IMG/VR virus record: IMGVR_UViG_3300048091_000425
Strand: one strand, 5' to 3'
Origin: a virus
DNA: 64,000 nt
A program made the position numbers and the translations under genes. Within the stretch, counting starts at the first letter, position 1. Every line of letters begins with the position of its first letter. Positions 36,155 to 45,785 of this stretch are shown piece after piece. Under the pieces are notes generated by a model. The model made no database searches. It was given only the letters and a program-made list of their open reading frames with translations, and was not told the origin of the DNA.

Positions 36155-36928
36155 TCACCAGCCCTGCGTTCGGCCAACCAGGTCAACGAACACCGGCGCT
36201 TGGATGTGCTGCCAGGTCTCGACGAAGGATTCTGAATCCCAGCCACCGGTGCAGGTGTTGTAGGCATCCCGGTAAAAGTCGTAGGCACGAGCCGTACTGA
36301 AGCTTTCACCATCGTATCGACGCACGCAATACAGATAGGCATCTTTGTCCATGACGGCGTACTCAAAGCGACCAATGAACAACGCCTTGCCTGGATTAGC
36401 CTCCAGCAACTTGCGGTAACGGCCCAGCAACTGGTTATAGGTCAAAATCTCGGCCAGGAGGTCGGCATAGGCCTGCAGCAACTGGGCTTCTGTGTAGGCA
36501 CCGCCGCTCCCATCTTCTGCCAACAAGCCATGGTCGTCACAGATGGCGAGGAAATCTTTGGCCTCGGAAATGTCGTGAACCGTCACACCGCAGTCGTGAA
36601 GGACGTTCATCGCCGCCAGTTTGATATCGCTAGCCTGGACGGCGGTGGTGACACTGGCGGCCACGCCAGCCTTCCTGTCACGCCGACCGGCGTCAGCCCA
36701 GCCAATCACTCGACACAAAGGGATTTCGAACTTTTCGTGCAGGCCACCAGCGGGGTTCGTGGTGCTCAGCGCACCCGCTGGGAACGTTTTCGAACTCCGC
36801 AACACATCGCCGGCGTGGATCGAACCATCATCGAGCAAGAAAATGCAGGGGCCATCAAATGGGCCTGGCAGTCCTGCTGTGAAGGTTACATTTACAGGCT
36901 GCCCATCGGGCCGGGTAACGTTTGGCAT
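36155..36928 (-). CDS. Hypothetical protein (paralogue with N-terminal extension)
   Basis: C-terminal ~160 aa collinear with 36983-37483. Confidence 0.75.
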   Translation of the reverse strand: MPNVTRPDGQPVNVTFTAGLPGPFDGPCIFLLDDGSIHAGDVLRSSKTFPAGALSTTNPAGGLHEKFEIPLCRVIGWADAGRRDRKAGVAASVTTAVQASDIKLAAMNVLHDCGVTVHDISEAKDFLAICDDHGLLAEDGSGGAYTEAQLLQAYADLLAEILTYNQLLGRYRKLLEANPGKALFIGRFEYAVMDKDAYLYCVRRYDGESFSTARAYDFYRDAYNTCTGGWDSESFVETWQHIQAPVFVDLVGRTQGW

Positions 36929-36982
36929 GATGCTTTTCCTTTATGCACGGCGCCGAATCTCTCAATCCGGCGCGGTTCCATG

Positions 36983-37483
36983 TTATTGGGCGAAATCGAG
37001 AAACACAGGATCTTCGATATACCGCCAGGTCTCAACGAAGGTATCCGCATTCCAACCACCGACGCAGGTGTTGTACGCCGAGCTATCAAAATCGTAGACG
37101 CCGGCCTCGGTGAAGGTTTCCGTGTTGGATTTGTTAACCCCGTACAAGTAACCATCCTTGTCCAGGACAGCGTAGTCATCTTGGCCGATGTGCAGCGCCT
37201 TGCCTGGATGAAGCTCCAGCAGGCGACGGTAGTGACCCAGAACCTGATCGTAGGTCAAAACTTCGACCAGCAGCTCACGATAGGCCGTCAGAAGCCCGGC
37301 TTCGGTGTAGGCGTCCTGATCGGTGTCGGTGGCCAGAAGTCCATGCTCATCGCAGAAGGCAACAAACGCTTTGGCATCAGCAAACTCGCGAATCACCTTG
37401 CTGGTGTTGTCGAGGACGTTCAGTACGGCCTCTTTTACGTCATCTACTTGATGAACGGTGGCGCTTTTGTCGTTTGCGGTCAT
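36983..37483 (-). CDS. Hypothetical protein (paralogue)
   Basis: AYNTC.GGW...FVETW shared with the neighbour. Confidence 0.75.
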   Translation of the reverse strand: MTANDKSATVHQVDDVKEAVLNVLDNTSKVIREFADAKAFVAFCDEHGLLATDTDQDAYTEAGLLTAYRELLVEVLTYDQVLGHYRRLLELHPGKALHIGQDDYAVLDKDGYLYGVNKSNTETFTEAGVYDFDSSAYNTCVGGWNADTFVETWRYIEDPVFLDFAQ

Positions 37484-37548
37484 GGAGTCTTCCGTCCTGG
37501 TCGATTGCGGCCACGCCGGGAAGGGCTTGGCCGCTGGAAAGTAGGACT

Positions 37549-37577
37549 ATTGTATTATTCTAGGGATTCATTAGCAA
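37549..37577 (-). promoter_or_regulatory. CTAG-operator promoter (copy 5)
   Basis: TTGCTA-atgaatccCTAGaataa-TACAAT. Confidence 0.75.
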
Positions 37578-37598
37578 GCAGTTATCGCCAATTCACTG

Positions 37599-38054
37599 CT
37601 ATTTATCGACTTTTGGCTTGAGGTCATCCCAAGAAAGCTCGCGAAGAACCCCGGAACAATTTCCCGAGAATACATCGCTACATAGCTTCCCAGCTTTACT
37701 TGGGCCAATCATGGGAGAGATCATTTGTCCGCAGTCCGGGCAAAGGTTCCAGTCAGACCGAAGTTCAAGTCCAGGCGCATCAGCGAATAGGAAACTCTCT
37801 GCGTAGCGCAAATGAGCGCGTCGAATGTTCGCATCATCATAACCGTTGCGAGCCAATTCCAAGGCTTGACGCCCCTTCTCTACCGCTTCACCGCCAGTTC
37901 CGTGCCTCCAGAAGCCACTGTTGTCTTTAAGCATTCCTGCTACAGAACTGAGTGCAGACGTCGCGCTATACAGGCGAGCGCAGTGTTGAATGAGCTCTTC
38001 GCGAGTGCATTCATCGAACGGGGTTTGTCCCCATTGAAGCTCTTTGTCGGCCAT
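37599..38054 (-). CDS. Hypothetical protein with C-terminal Zn-binding motif
   Basis: CPDCG...C...C. Confidence 0.65.
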   Translation of the reverse strand: MADKELQWGQTPFDECTREELIQHCARLYSATSALSSVAGMLKDNSGFWRHGTGGEAVEKGRQALELARNGYDDANIRRAHLRYAESFLFADAPGLELRSDWNLCPDCGQMISPMIGPSKAGKLCSDVFSGNCSGVLRELSWDDLKPKVDK

Positions 38055-38090
38055 GCGTGAGAAGCCCTCCAGGCTAGTTTTCGTGGTCAG

Positions 38091-38348
38091 TTATTCGTCC
38101 TTACGGGTTTCGACGGTGAAGTCGATGGTGTCGTAGCCACCAAAGCCGCTGTGCAGCTCATCCCGGATGTTCATCGCATGAAAGGCGCCGAACTCGCAGA
38201 CGTCTTGGCAGAAGCGAGCTTCGCTGATGCCGGCAGGCTTGATAACCTTTACACCGGTCTTGAAGTCGCAGCGCTCAGCTTTGAATTTGGTGCCATTGCG
38301 ACTGGTGTGCCCAAACTTGCGTTCAGCCATCGGAGTGTTGTTCAACAT
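38091..38348 (-). CDS. Hypothetical protein
   Basis: 85 aa after promoter copy 6. Confidence 0.55.
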   Translation of the reverse strand: MLNNTPMAERKFGHTSRNGTKFKAERCDFKTGVKVIKPAGISEARFCQDVCEFGAFHAMNIRDELHSGFGGYDTIDFTVETRKDE

Positions 38349-38428
38349 ATCAAGCCTTCCTTGTGTTCGGCACGGGCGGCGCCGGTCAATTGGAGCGCAG
38401 CTTTGTCCGCTCCGCTCTTTCGCCTACA

Positions 38429-38457
38429 AATGTATTACCCTAGGGCTTCACGCGCAA
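38429..38457 (-). promoter_or_regulatory. CTAG-operator promoter (copy 6)
   Basis: TTGCGC-gtgaagccCTAGggtaa-TACATT. Confidence 0.75.
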
Positions 38458-38529
38458 GCTATTTATTGCTATTCTTTGTGGCAAGCCAACACTGGCTCCT
38501 TAAGCACACTGGAAACCGTGGAAGAATAA

Positions 38530-38769
38530 ATGGACGACATCGACTACAAAGAAACCGATATGGCCGAACTCAACATGAATGAGTTCGTTTCCCATAACAT
38601 CACACTGCAACGGATCGTGTCCGACGGGCGAATGAAGTTCAAGGTGATCGCTGGGCGCAATCGTTATGGCTTAAACACTGAATACGAACACGACACCGAG
38701 CTGGCAGCCAAGCAGGACTTCATGACCCGTGTGCGCGAGACCCTGGCACTCCCTGAAGGTACCTATTAA
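38530..38769 (+). CDS. Hypothetical protein
   Basis: First gene of a + strand operon; TAATG coupling. Confidence 0.6.
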   Translation: MDDIDYKETDMAELNMNEFVSHNITLQRIVSDGRMKFKVIAGRNRYGLNTEYEHDTELAAKQDFMTRVRETLALPEGTY

Positions 38770-39047
38770 TGGAAGTTAAGTATGGCGATGGCCAGACCAA
38801 GTTCGGCCCAGGCGTCCTCATCGAAATGACCGGGGATGAGGTGGCGACAGCGATTGACGCCTACCTCGTTGCCCACGGAGTTAGCGTACGCGGCCCGCGT
38901 ACCATCAGGCTCAACGAAACGCTCTGCACCCACATGGACATGGAGATGTACGTCGATCCAAGTGGTTCGGTCGTCGCCGGCGAGACACGCTTCTCTGGCA
39001 GCGGCCCGGAAACGGATGAAGCAGACCGCCGTGCTTTGTTAGACTGA
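38769..39047 (+). CDS. Hypothetical protein
   Basis: 92 aa, coupled. Confidence 0.65.
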   Translation: MEVKYGDGQTKFGPGVLIEMTGDEVATAIDAYLVAHGVSVRGPRTIRLNETLCTHMDMEMYVDPSGSVVAGETRFSGSGPETDEADRRALLD

Positions 39048-39056
39048 CAACCAGCG

Positions 39057-39521
39057 ATGAAAAAACGGAGCCTCAGAATGCCGATCACCACTAAAGAATT
39101 TGCCCTCAAACTCCAAGCCTGGCTTGATCCTCTGGACGCTGCGCAGGTCGAGTGTGATGGTATGTGCCGGTTGATCTCGGCAGTGCTGAGCGCCAACGAC
39201 ATCGAGCATGAGGTGATTGGCGGCATCTTGAGCGACCGGGATGGGGCAACCCCTGAAATGACGCACTTCTGGGTTGAGCTCCCTAACGGATACACCATCG
39301 ACTACCGAGCTCGCATGTGGATGGGAGAAGAAGCGCAACACGGGGTGTTCATCAGATCCAGTGATCGCTTCGTTTATGAATCGCGTGGTGAGGTCGTCTT
39401 CAATTACCTGCCTAACTGGATACTTCAGGCTATGAGTGGTATCGACCTTGAAAGCTACCCTGTCCTGGATGTGGTTGGCGCCATCGAAACCAGAGACCAT
39501 GACGAAAGCCCAACCCCATGA
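39057..39521 (+). CDS. Papain/transglutaminase-like fold protein
   Basis: Candidate triad C (VECDG), H (THFWVE), D (IDYR). Confidence 0.6.
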   Translation: MKKRSLRMPITTKEFALKLQAWLDPLDAAQVECDGMCRLISAVLSANDIEHEVIGGILSDRDGATPEMTHFWVELPNGYTIDYRARMWMGEEAQHGVFIRSSDRFVYESRGEVVFNYLPNWILQAMSGIDLESYPVLDVVGAIETRDHDESPTP

Positions 39522-39699
39522 ACGACCAATGGCTGGGTTCCCCTACCCGGCTTTGCCAGTTCTCCTGAGCGTCGACGATATTGGTAAATTGTCAGCCGTT
39601 TGAGTACCATCTGGTCTCTTTCGAGCGGTTGTCATTACTGTAGCAAATCGACTTCGCTATGCTCTGCACACCTCGAAAACGAATCACACGGACGCCCTG

Positions 39700-40272
39700 A
39701 TGAACAACCAATCGACCGAAGCAAAACTCGACTGTCCACTCGCCCAGAAGGTGATGGACTTTTTGAATGAGGCAGGCCTGCCGGTCTCGGTTGTTCCAGG
39801 AGTGACTGGTTTCGTGAAGAACATCGCGCTCGTTGAGGGTAAAGTGCAGGTCGACCCAAAGTGCTTGCCGTCCGTCTTGCTCCACGAAGCCGGACACCTG
39901 GCGGTAATTCCGTCACGATACCGACACATGATGAGTGGCAACCTGTACGCCAGCATGCGGCAGATCTTTGCAGATCCGGAAATCGACCTCATGAACCCCG
40001 ATGAACCGGTCTCCCGCGCCCTCCTCCAATGCGGCGACTCTGAAGTCACCGCTTGGGCCTGGGCGGTCGGGAAGCATCTTGGCATCGATGAAGACCAGAT
40101 CATCCTGGACGATCAGTATCAGGAAGGTGGGGATTTCATTCGGATTCAGCTTCAAACACGGGGTTACATCGGCATTAACGGGTTGTCGCACGGTGGATTT
40201 TGCGTCCCGCGTGCCAACTCTTACCGGCCTTTACCCGTCTACCCGCAATTAGCTTTTTGGCTACAACCTTAA
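39700..40272 (+). CDS. HExxH zinc-metallopeptidase-like protein
   Basis: LLHEAGH plus downstream E (DSEVTAWAW). Confidence 0.7.
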   Translation: MNNQSTEAKLDCPLAQKVMDFLNEAGLPVSVVPGVTGFVKNIALVEGKVQVDPKCLPSVLLHEAGHLAVIPSRYRHMMSGNLYASMRQIFADPEIDLMNPDEPVSRALLQCGDSEVTAWAWAVGKHLGIDEDQIILDDQYQEGGDFIRIQLQTRGYIGINGLSHGGFCVPRANSYRPLPVYPQLAFWLQP

Positions 40273-40313
40273 ACACTATGCGTTGCCACCGAAATTTATA
40301 AGAGGCTTGCAAG

Positions 40314-40853
40314 ATGCTTCCTGAAACACTTTCACAATGTGCAGAAACCAGGAAAAAACTGCGCGATATCAAGAGCGCTCATGAATATGCGCTGTCTTTT
40401 GGTGATGTTCCAGCTGTTAATTGGGCTGAAGCCTCAATCTACGCAATTAGTTGGTCAGTATTTTTAGTGTCACTTTGTGCGGCTGTTTCAATCATTCCAA
40501 AGGACGCTGTACTGTTGATTATTCTAGGATTTATAATCAGCATTTCAATGGGTGCGGCAACCTGGTTCATCGCCTCCAAGTTTATTGAGCACCATATAAG
40601 AAACAAACCAACATGGGTCATGATGCTCGAAGAAAAACTCTGCTCGTATACACCAATTGATGCTGGTAGATTTCAAAAATTTCAAAATGCAGTCAAAATA
40701 AAAGGCTGTATTGAAGAGGCTGAATTCAAATCATGGTTCGAAGACGAGCGCCAGGCGATTAAGTCTCATAATGCGCATCTTCAGTATTTGTCCACGAACG
40801 TCAACATTAGCCCCAAAGGGCCGTTTATGACAATGCCAATAGTGAAAGATTGA
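40314..40853 (+). CDS. Two-TM membrane protein
   Basis: Two hydrophobic helices; homologous to 58175-58621. Confidence 0.65.
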   Translation: MLPETLSQCAETRKKLRDIKSAHEYALSFGDVPAVNWAEASIYAISWSVFLVSLCAAVSIIPKDAVLLIILGFIISISMGAATWFIASKFIEHHIRNKPTWVMMLEEKLCSYTPIDAGRFQKFQNAVKIKGCIEEAEFKSWFEDERQAIKSHNAHLQYLSTNVNISPKGPFMTMPIVKD

Positions 40854-40870
40854 CGCTTCTGTTTAATATT

Positions 40871-40909
40871 AAAAAACCAGGCGTCAACGATAATTTGAGC
40901 GCCTGGTTT
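40871..40909. terminator. Terminator between convergent units
   Basis: AAACCAGGCG...CGCCTGGTTT. Confidence 0.6.
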
Positions 40910-40966
40910 AAGCCAACCATGATTTCAATAAGCCCGTCTTACGCGGGAAGTACGAGCTCTCTCCGA

Positions 40967-41239
40967 TCAACACGGCTGAAAATCAGACGACTCCCCACGA
41001 CCACCGGACTTCATGGCCTCAATCGCCAGCTGTGCAATTTCTGCCTGGGCGGCCACCACCGAGGACATCACCCAATTGCTGACAACGTAGCAGGTTCCGC
41101 GTGGGGTCTGCAGGCCATGGGCGTACGTCGCACCGCCAGAAAAGAATGGACTCTGCAGCTTCCAGACCTTAGCGCCGGCCTTAACTGAGCGCACGGCCCG
41201 GTTGGCGTCGATGGGTTTCCACTTTGTAGGGTCTGACAC
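40967..41239 (-). CDS. Hypothetical protein
   Basis: GTG start with GGAGG RBS. Confidence 0.55.
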   Translation of the reverse strand: MSDPTKWKPIDANRAVRSVKAGAKVWKLQSPFFSGGATYAHGLQTPRGTCYVVSNWVMSSVVAAQAEIAQLAIEAMKSGGRGESSDFQPC

Positions 41240-41256
41240 GACTTCCCCCTCCTCGA

Positions 41257-41721
41257 TTACAGCGATGGGCCGGAAGGCTCGATATGGTTCTGACTTCGAT
41301 CTTTATGAAAACCTTTCAGGTGATCGGCATACTGCTGGATCACCTCAGGGTCTTTCTTGTTGATTTTTGCCCATTGAACAAAATCATTGAGCTTTCGGTA
41401 GGCGAACCGGTATGCAAAATCGCTGACCGTATCTTTTAAGTTCTCAGTTTCTTTCAGAGTTTCTTTTAAGGCGTCAGTTGAAAATGGAAACTCGTTGCTG
41501 AACTGCATCTTTTCAGCAGCCTTGTAGACTGACTGTAATTTCTCAATGGCATCCGTTTCTTCTGGGTGGTTTTTGACCAAAGAATGGTAGGCATCAGAAG
41601 CCATGTAATAGGCGCCGAGGAAGGCAAACGATTTAAGCCTGGTCTCCTGATCCTTGCACTGCTCAATCGTCTGTTCAATTTTTCTGATCTGCGACCTGGA
41701 AAAATCACTCATCTTCTTCAT
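41257..41721 (-). CDS. Hypothetical helical protein with EPSGPSL tail
   Basis: 154 aa. Confidence 0.65.
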   Translation of the reverse strand: MKKMSDFSRSQIRKIEQTIEQCKDQETRLKSFAFLGAYYMASDAYHSLVKNHPEETDAIEKLQSVYKAAEKMQFSNEFPFSTDALKETLKETENLKDTVSDFAYRFAYRKLNDFVQWAKINKKDPEVIQQYADHLKGFHKDRSQNHIEPSGPSL

Positions 41722-41856
41722 TCAGCCGTACCCTATTATTTCAGTTGCTGGTAAATCCCATGATACCGGTGGAGCAACACATGCATCCACGGAGCAACAT
41801 AGGCTCGTTACCCCCATGGCTGGCGACGACCAGTAACGGCCTAGACATGGCTGACT

Positions 41857-42177
41857 TTAGGCCGTAAGCACTTTAGCTGTTGTAAACATCAGCAAAATAA
41901 TGACCGTTATAGCACCGCTCGCTACCACCACGGTATTAAGTCCTGATTCCATTCTTGACCTTTTCGGGTGATCTGCAATCAAAGGCCGCATATGGGCCAT
42001 GAACAAACATCCGTGCCCAAGATGCAACACTAACATCAGCAGGCAAACTGGCAATACTGTAAAGAACGAGATAAATGGCATGAAAGCAATTGTCGCCGAG
42101 CCAATAACACTGAACAAAGCTATTACTACTGCAAACTCAACCAGCGGGTTATTCATTGTCACGTTAACCTTTCTCAA
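41857..42177 (-). CDS. Membrane protein (about 3 TM)
   Basis: Hydrophobic stretches. Confidence 0.6.
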   Translation of the reverse strand: MRKVNVTMNNPLVEFAVVIALFSVIGSATIAFMPFISFFTVLPVCLLMLVLHLGHGCLFMAHMRPLIADHPKRSRMESGLNTVVVASGAITVIILLMFTTAKVLTA

Positions 42178-42192
42178 TAAATGATCGACTGC

Positions 42193-42828
42193 TTAATTAC
42201 CGTCTACGCTCAAGCCGAAGCTCAATTCGCTCATGTGCACAGGTTTTTTATAGCCATCTTCTACCACGTAAACATACGGGAAAAGCGCGTAGAAAAAGTT
42301 ACAGTCTGAACCTGGGAGATTCAGTTCTCTTCGGATTTCATAGGGGATGTGGGCGATTTCAACTTCGCGATTTTGATAATAACCACGACGGTGCAGGCAG
42401 CTATCTGAATATTTGCGAGTTTGTCTTTCATCGGTTTGCTGATCGCCGATAAAATCCGGCTCACAAAGCTCAGCAGGAATACGGAAAAAGTCCATATAGA
42501 CTTTAATTTTGTTGTACGAATTCTGATCAACAAAGTAGATTTTAGTCACACCTGTGCGTGCGGTAAGCTCGCAAGTAAACACCAATTCGTCATCGAGAAA
42601 ATATGCCATTTCCCCAACGTGCGTGTCGGTGCAATTCCATTTGTTGATCCAATAGCCTTTCAGGCGATGGCGATACTCGTTGGTTTCCGTCCAAGTGTTC
42701 CACAGCTTGTGGCGGTCGAGCCCATCAATTTCAAAAAGACTTTCCAGTGCGCTTTCAAATTTCGGAATGTCGTCGCAATTTTCTTTGGTCTTGGTGACTC
42801 GGCGAGCGGCATCAATGGTCAGCATCAT
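42193..42828 (-). CDS. Hypothetical protein
   Basis: 211 aa, AT-richer codon use. Confidence 0.65.
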   Translation of the reverse strand: MMLTIDAARRVTKTKENCDDIPKFESALESLFEIDGLDRHKLWNTWTETNEYRHRLKGYWINKWNCTDTHVGEMAYFLDDELVFTCELTARTGVTKIYFVDQNSYNKIKVYMDFFRIPAELCEPDFIGDQQTDERQTRKYSDSCLHRRGYYQNREVEIAHIPYEIRRELNLPGSDCNFFYALFPYVYVVEDGYKKPVHMSELSFGLSVDGN

Positions 42829-42915
42829 TCAGTTCCTTTTCTAATTAATCCGGCCATGAAAGAATTAAGTTGCACCAAACCAAACGGTGCGTTATTTAGC
42901 GTGGGTGTATATGTC

Positions 42916-43641
42916 TTACTTCCCGAGCCGAGCGGCCAGATTGTCGATGGAGCTATCCAGTTCTTCACTGGAATCGACGTACTGGGTGTAGCAATCATGA
43001 TCAATCGATATGGATAGTTGATCCATACCGACCAGTGCGCGGATTTTCTCATAGCGCCGGGCATTGGCTGCCATCTGCGCGAGATGACCGTTTAACTGGA
43101 TCGTCTCATCGATACACTCGTTCCAGGCATCTCGCGTGCGCGGTGAGGGATAGTCGTCAGGCCTACGGGCCGGGAGGATCAATGCTCCGACCCTCTCAAC
43201 TGGAGAGATCTGCTGATCTGCCGAGACGTGAGCCGGCTCAATAGTGTCTGGAAGCCGACAGCCATGGAAATAAACCGTGTCTACGCCAGCCGCTCGCCAA
43301 TCACGGGTCAGCACTCTCAGGCGCTCCATGAGGGCCAGGATCGCCTCATGGTGGATGGGAAAGCCTCTGAAGCATATGTCCTCGCGAAAGGTCACCAGCG
43401 GCAGCCAGGTGGTCAGCATCGGGCCGTGCGCAGCGTTAGTACACAGACTTAGCAGGTTGCCCTCGAATTCCTGTTTCCAGTAACTGAGCACCCACGCAAA
43501 AAACGTCTCTGCATCCTCGCCTTCTAGGATGATGTCTTGAGTCCCCGGCACGCCTACTGTGACGCCGCCTTGGTCAAGCTTATATTGAGCCGACTCGAGT
43601 ACCAGCGGTCGAGTAAGGTCGATCTGAATTATTGAAGCCAT
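42916..43641 (-). CDS. Phage-like modular protein
   Basis: 241 aa; 'AWNEC' and 'NARRYEKIR' modules. Confidence 0.6.
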   Translation of the reverse strand: MASIIQIDLTRPLVLESAQYKLDQGGVTVGVPGTQDIILEGEDAETFFAWVLSYWKQEFEGNLLSLCTNAAHGPMLTTWLPLVTFREDICFRGFPIHHEAILALMERLRVLTRDWRAAGVDTVYFHGCRLPDTIEPAHVSADQQISPVERVGALILPARRPDDYPSPRTRDAWNECIDETIQLNGHLAQMAANARRYEKIRALVGMDQLSISIDHDCYTQYVDSSEELDSSIDNLAARLGK

Positions 43642-44042
43642 GCACCTTGCTCCCCTTCAAGACCGAGTCGCTCTCGCAGTTCAGTGAGGGATTCTTTGCC
43701 CCGAGCGATGCGGGCCGCTTCTTTCTCTGGTGTAACTTCGTAGGTGTACAGACGCTGCGCAGCCTCAACCACCAGACGAGCAGAAACGCCCTTCTGGAAC
43801 CGAGTATCAGCCACTTTTGCCGGCATTTCGAGCACCGGCCAGTTGGCATCGGCCTGCGGCGGTGTGAAGTTAACCGGCACCAGCAGGTTACGCAGTTCGT
43901 TGGCTTTGAAGCGGTAGTGCTGGGCCAGGTAGCGCCCTTCCCCGTCATCCGGCTCTTTGTCGGCCAGGTGCTCGTACACCTTGATCATCTCTTCGACGTC
44001 TTTCTGCGGGACTCCAATCAATTTGCCCATGTTCGTATCCAT
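43629..44042 (-). CDS. Phage-like hypothetical protein
   Basis: 137 aa; 'F.KGV.AR.VVEAAQR.Y'. Confidence 0.65.
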   Translation of the reverse strand: MDTNMGKLIGVPQKDVEEMIKVYEHLADKEPDDGEGRYLAQHYRFKANELRNLLVPVNFTPPQADANWPVLEMPAKVADTRFQKGVSARLVVEAAQRLYTYEVTPEKEAARIARGKESLTELRERLGLEGEQGAWLQ

Positions 44043-44208
44043 GCAATGTCTAGGTCACTATCAGTTGAGAATGGCAATTTAACACCATTATCTGTGAAAA
44101 TCACCTGAAAATGTGGTCGCCGCCGTGATGAACTACGGTAGAAAGGCACCCTAGCTGGCAATTTATGGTTAAATAAATCATCGCTTCAAAGCCCATCAAG
44201 GTAAGGTT

Positions 44209-44748
44209 ATGAACATTCTTTTGTACGCCAAAAAGACCCTGTGTTTCTGGTTAGGACGGGAGGTCGATTATGCGACCCCGGATGACGTTAAGCCGGAAGA
44301 ATTCGTGATACGAGAGATCGATGGCCGGCGCTATCTGACCATCCGGAAGGCCAAGAGCCTTGCCCAACAGATCATCTACCCGGAGCAGCGAGAGGAAAAC
44401 ATCTGGCACGACCACGCGATGGCCAAGCTCATCAAATCAGTCGAAAAGATGTTCAACGGGGGAAGCTTCTTCGATGTCTGCGTCGTAAACGAGGCCGTGA
44501 AGGATTTTGACCTGCAATCAACACCTTCTGTGGCGCAAGCGATAAAACATCTGAACCTGATTCACTGCACCAATTTCAGCGAGATGTCGCCAGAGGTTTT
44601 CCAGGCAATTCCTCGGTATCTGACCCATATTTTCAGCGAAGGGCGAATTCCTCTGGAGGCAACCGCACGCAGTGGGGAAATGGTGAATCTGGAGAAGAAA
44701 CCAGAACCACCAACAGCTGAAGATGGTTCTGTTATCGCCTTGGAGTAA
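44209..44748 (+). CDS. Hypothetical protein
   Basis: 179 aa, AAGG RBS, divergent orientation. Confidence 0.65.
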   Translation: MNILLYAKKTLCFWLGREVDYATPDDVKPEEFVIREIDGRRYLTIRKAKSLAQQIIYPEQREENIWHDHAMAKLIKSVEKMFNGGSFFDVCVVNEAVKDFDLQSTPSVAQAIKHLNLIHCTNFSEMSPEVFQAIPRYLTHIFSEGRIPLEATARSGEMVNLEKKPEPPTAEDGSVIALE

Positions 44749-44787
44749 TCGAAGCATGGGCCTGTTTCTGTTACGCCTGGATGAGGC

Positions 44788-45156
44788 TCAGGCGTCAACC
44801 TCAGGCTCGTCCTTGATCTGGCGCCGGCATGGATGGTGAAAGCTTCCATTGAAAATCGCACCGATCCAGGAACTGGCCCGATCACCGACATTGACCCAGG
44901 TCTCGGTGTCGTCAAGCAGCCAATAGTCGCTAGGCAGAATCTTGTCCCCGTCCTCCAGCAGTCGGTACCTTGGCTTCGGCTTATCACCGCCCTCGACGCT
45001 ATTTCCCAAAGTGGCCTTCCCCGCATCCCAATCACTCAGGGCCTCCTGCAGCGGGCCGACGTCGTAGCAGGTGTCGCTGTCCATGCTGTTCAGCAGATCC
45101 GTTGCGGCTTTGGCGACAGTATCACCGAGTCGTAGCGTCATTTCTGCTTGCTCCAT
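44788..45156 (-). CDS. Hypothetical protein
   Basis: 122 aa; 'YRLL..G..I...D.W' module. Confidence 0.6.
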   Translation of the reverse strand: MEQAEMTLRLGDTVAKAATDLLNSMDSDTCYDVGPLQEALSDWDAGKATLGNSVEGGDKPKPRYRLLEDGDKILPSDYWLLDDTETWVNVGDRASSWIGAIFNGSFHHPCRRQIKDEPEVDA

Positions 45157-45417
45157 TTCGTTAGCACCTTTCCCATCCAGTAGAAATCGTGCAGGGGAAC
45201 CAATCGTAGCGTCTCACCAGCAAATAGCTGGGAAGCCACAGGAAGCCGCCAGGGCGAATGCGCCGCAACCGTGAATGTTCAGGTTTCGTTAAGAAACCTT
45301 GCATCCCGAATTCGCGCACCGCTGCGAGGAATAGCTCAGGATCGTGCTGCCCCCGGCTGAAGTATATGGCGCCGCCATCAGGCGACGCATCGCACTCAAT
45401 TTTGAGGGGATACGTTT

Positions 45418-45777
45418 TCACGCCATAGACTCCTCGTAGGTGCGCTCGCCTTTGCACAGCCAGTCAACAACCAGGACTGCAGCGTCGTAGAAGTTGCGGT
45501 GGGAGAAGGAGTAGACCTCCGCCGAGTCCTTCGGATCACCGGATGGGAACTCGAAATCCTGCCGCTCACCGACGGTGACGATGATCGAGTTGCTGTTACC
45601 ATGGCCGTGCACGTTGCACTTGCGAGAGCCGTCCCAGATCATGAGCGAAAGCCCAGGGTTTCGACCACTGACGTAGATATCGTGGGTATCTGGAAGGTCT
45701 TCGTCCATCAAGGTATGAGCAATCGCAAGTACCGCTTGAGCCTTTGCGTGAGCGCCGAAAGTTCTGATTTTAGCCAC
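45418..45777 (-). CDS. Hypothetical protein
   Basis: 119 aa. Confidence 0.6.
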   Translation of the reverse strand: MAKIRTFGAHAKAQAVLAIAHTLMDEDLPDTHDIYVSGRNPGLSLMIWDGSRKCNVHGHGNSNSIIVTVGERQDFEFPSGDPKDSAEVYSFSHRNFYDAAVLVVDWLCKGERTYEESMA

Positions 45778-45785
45778 TGTGAAAC

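Noticed and set aside
41776-41805. GGAGCAACA direct repeat pair (21-bp period)
   Set aside because: Only 9 bp and two copies; could be chance.
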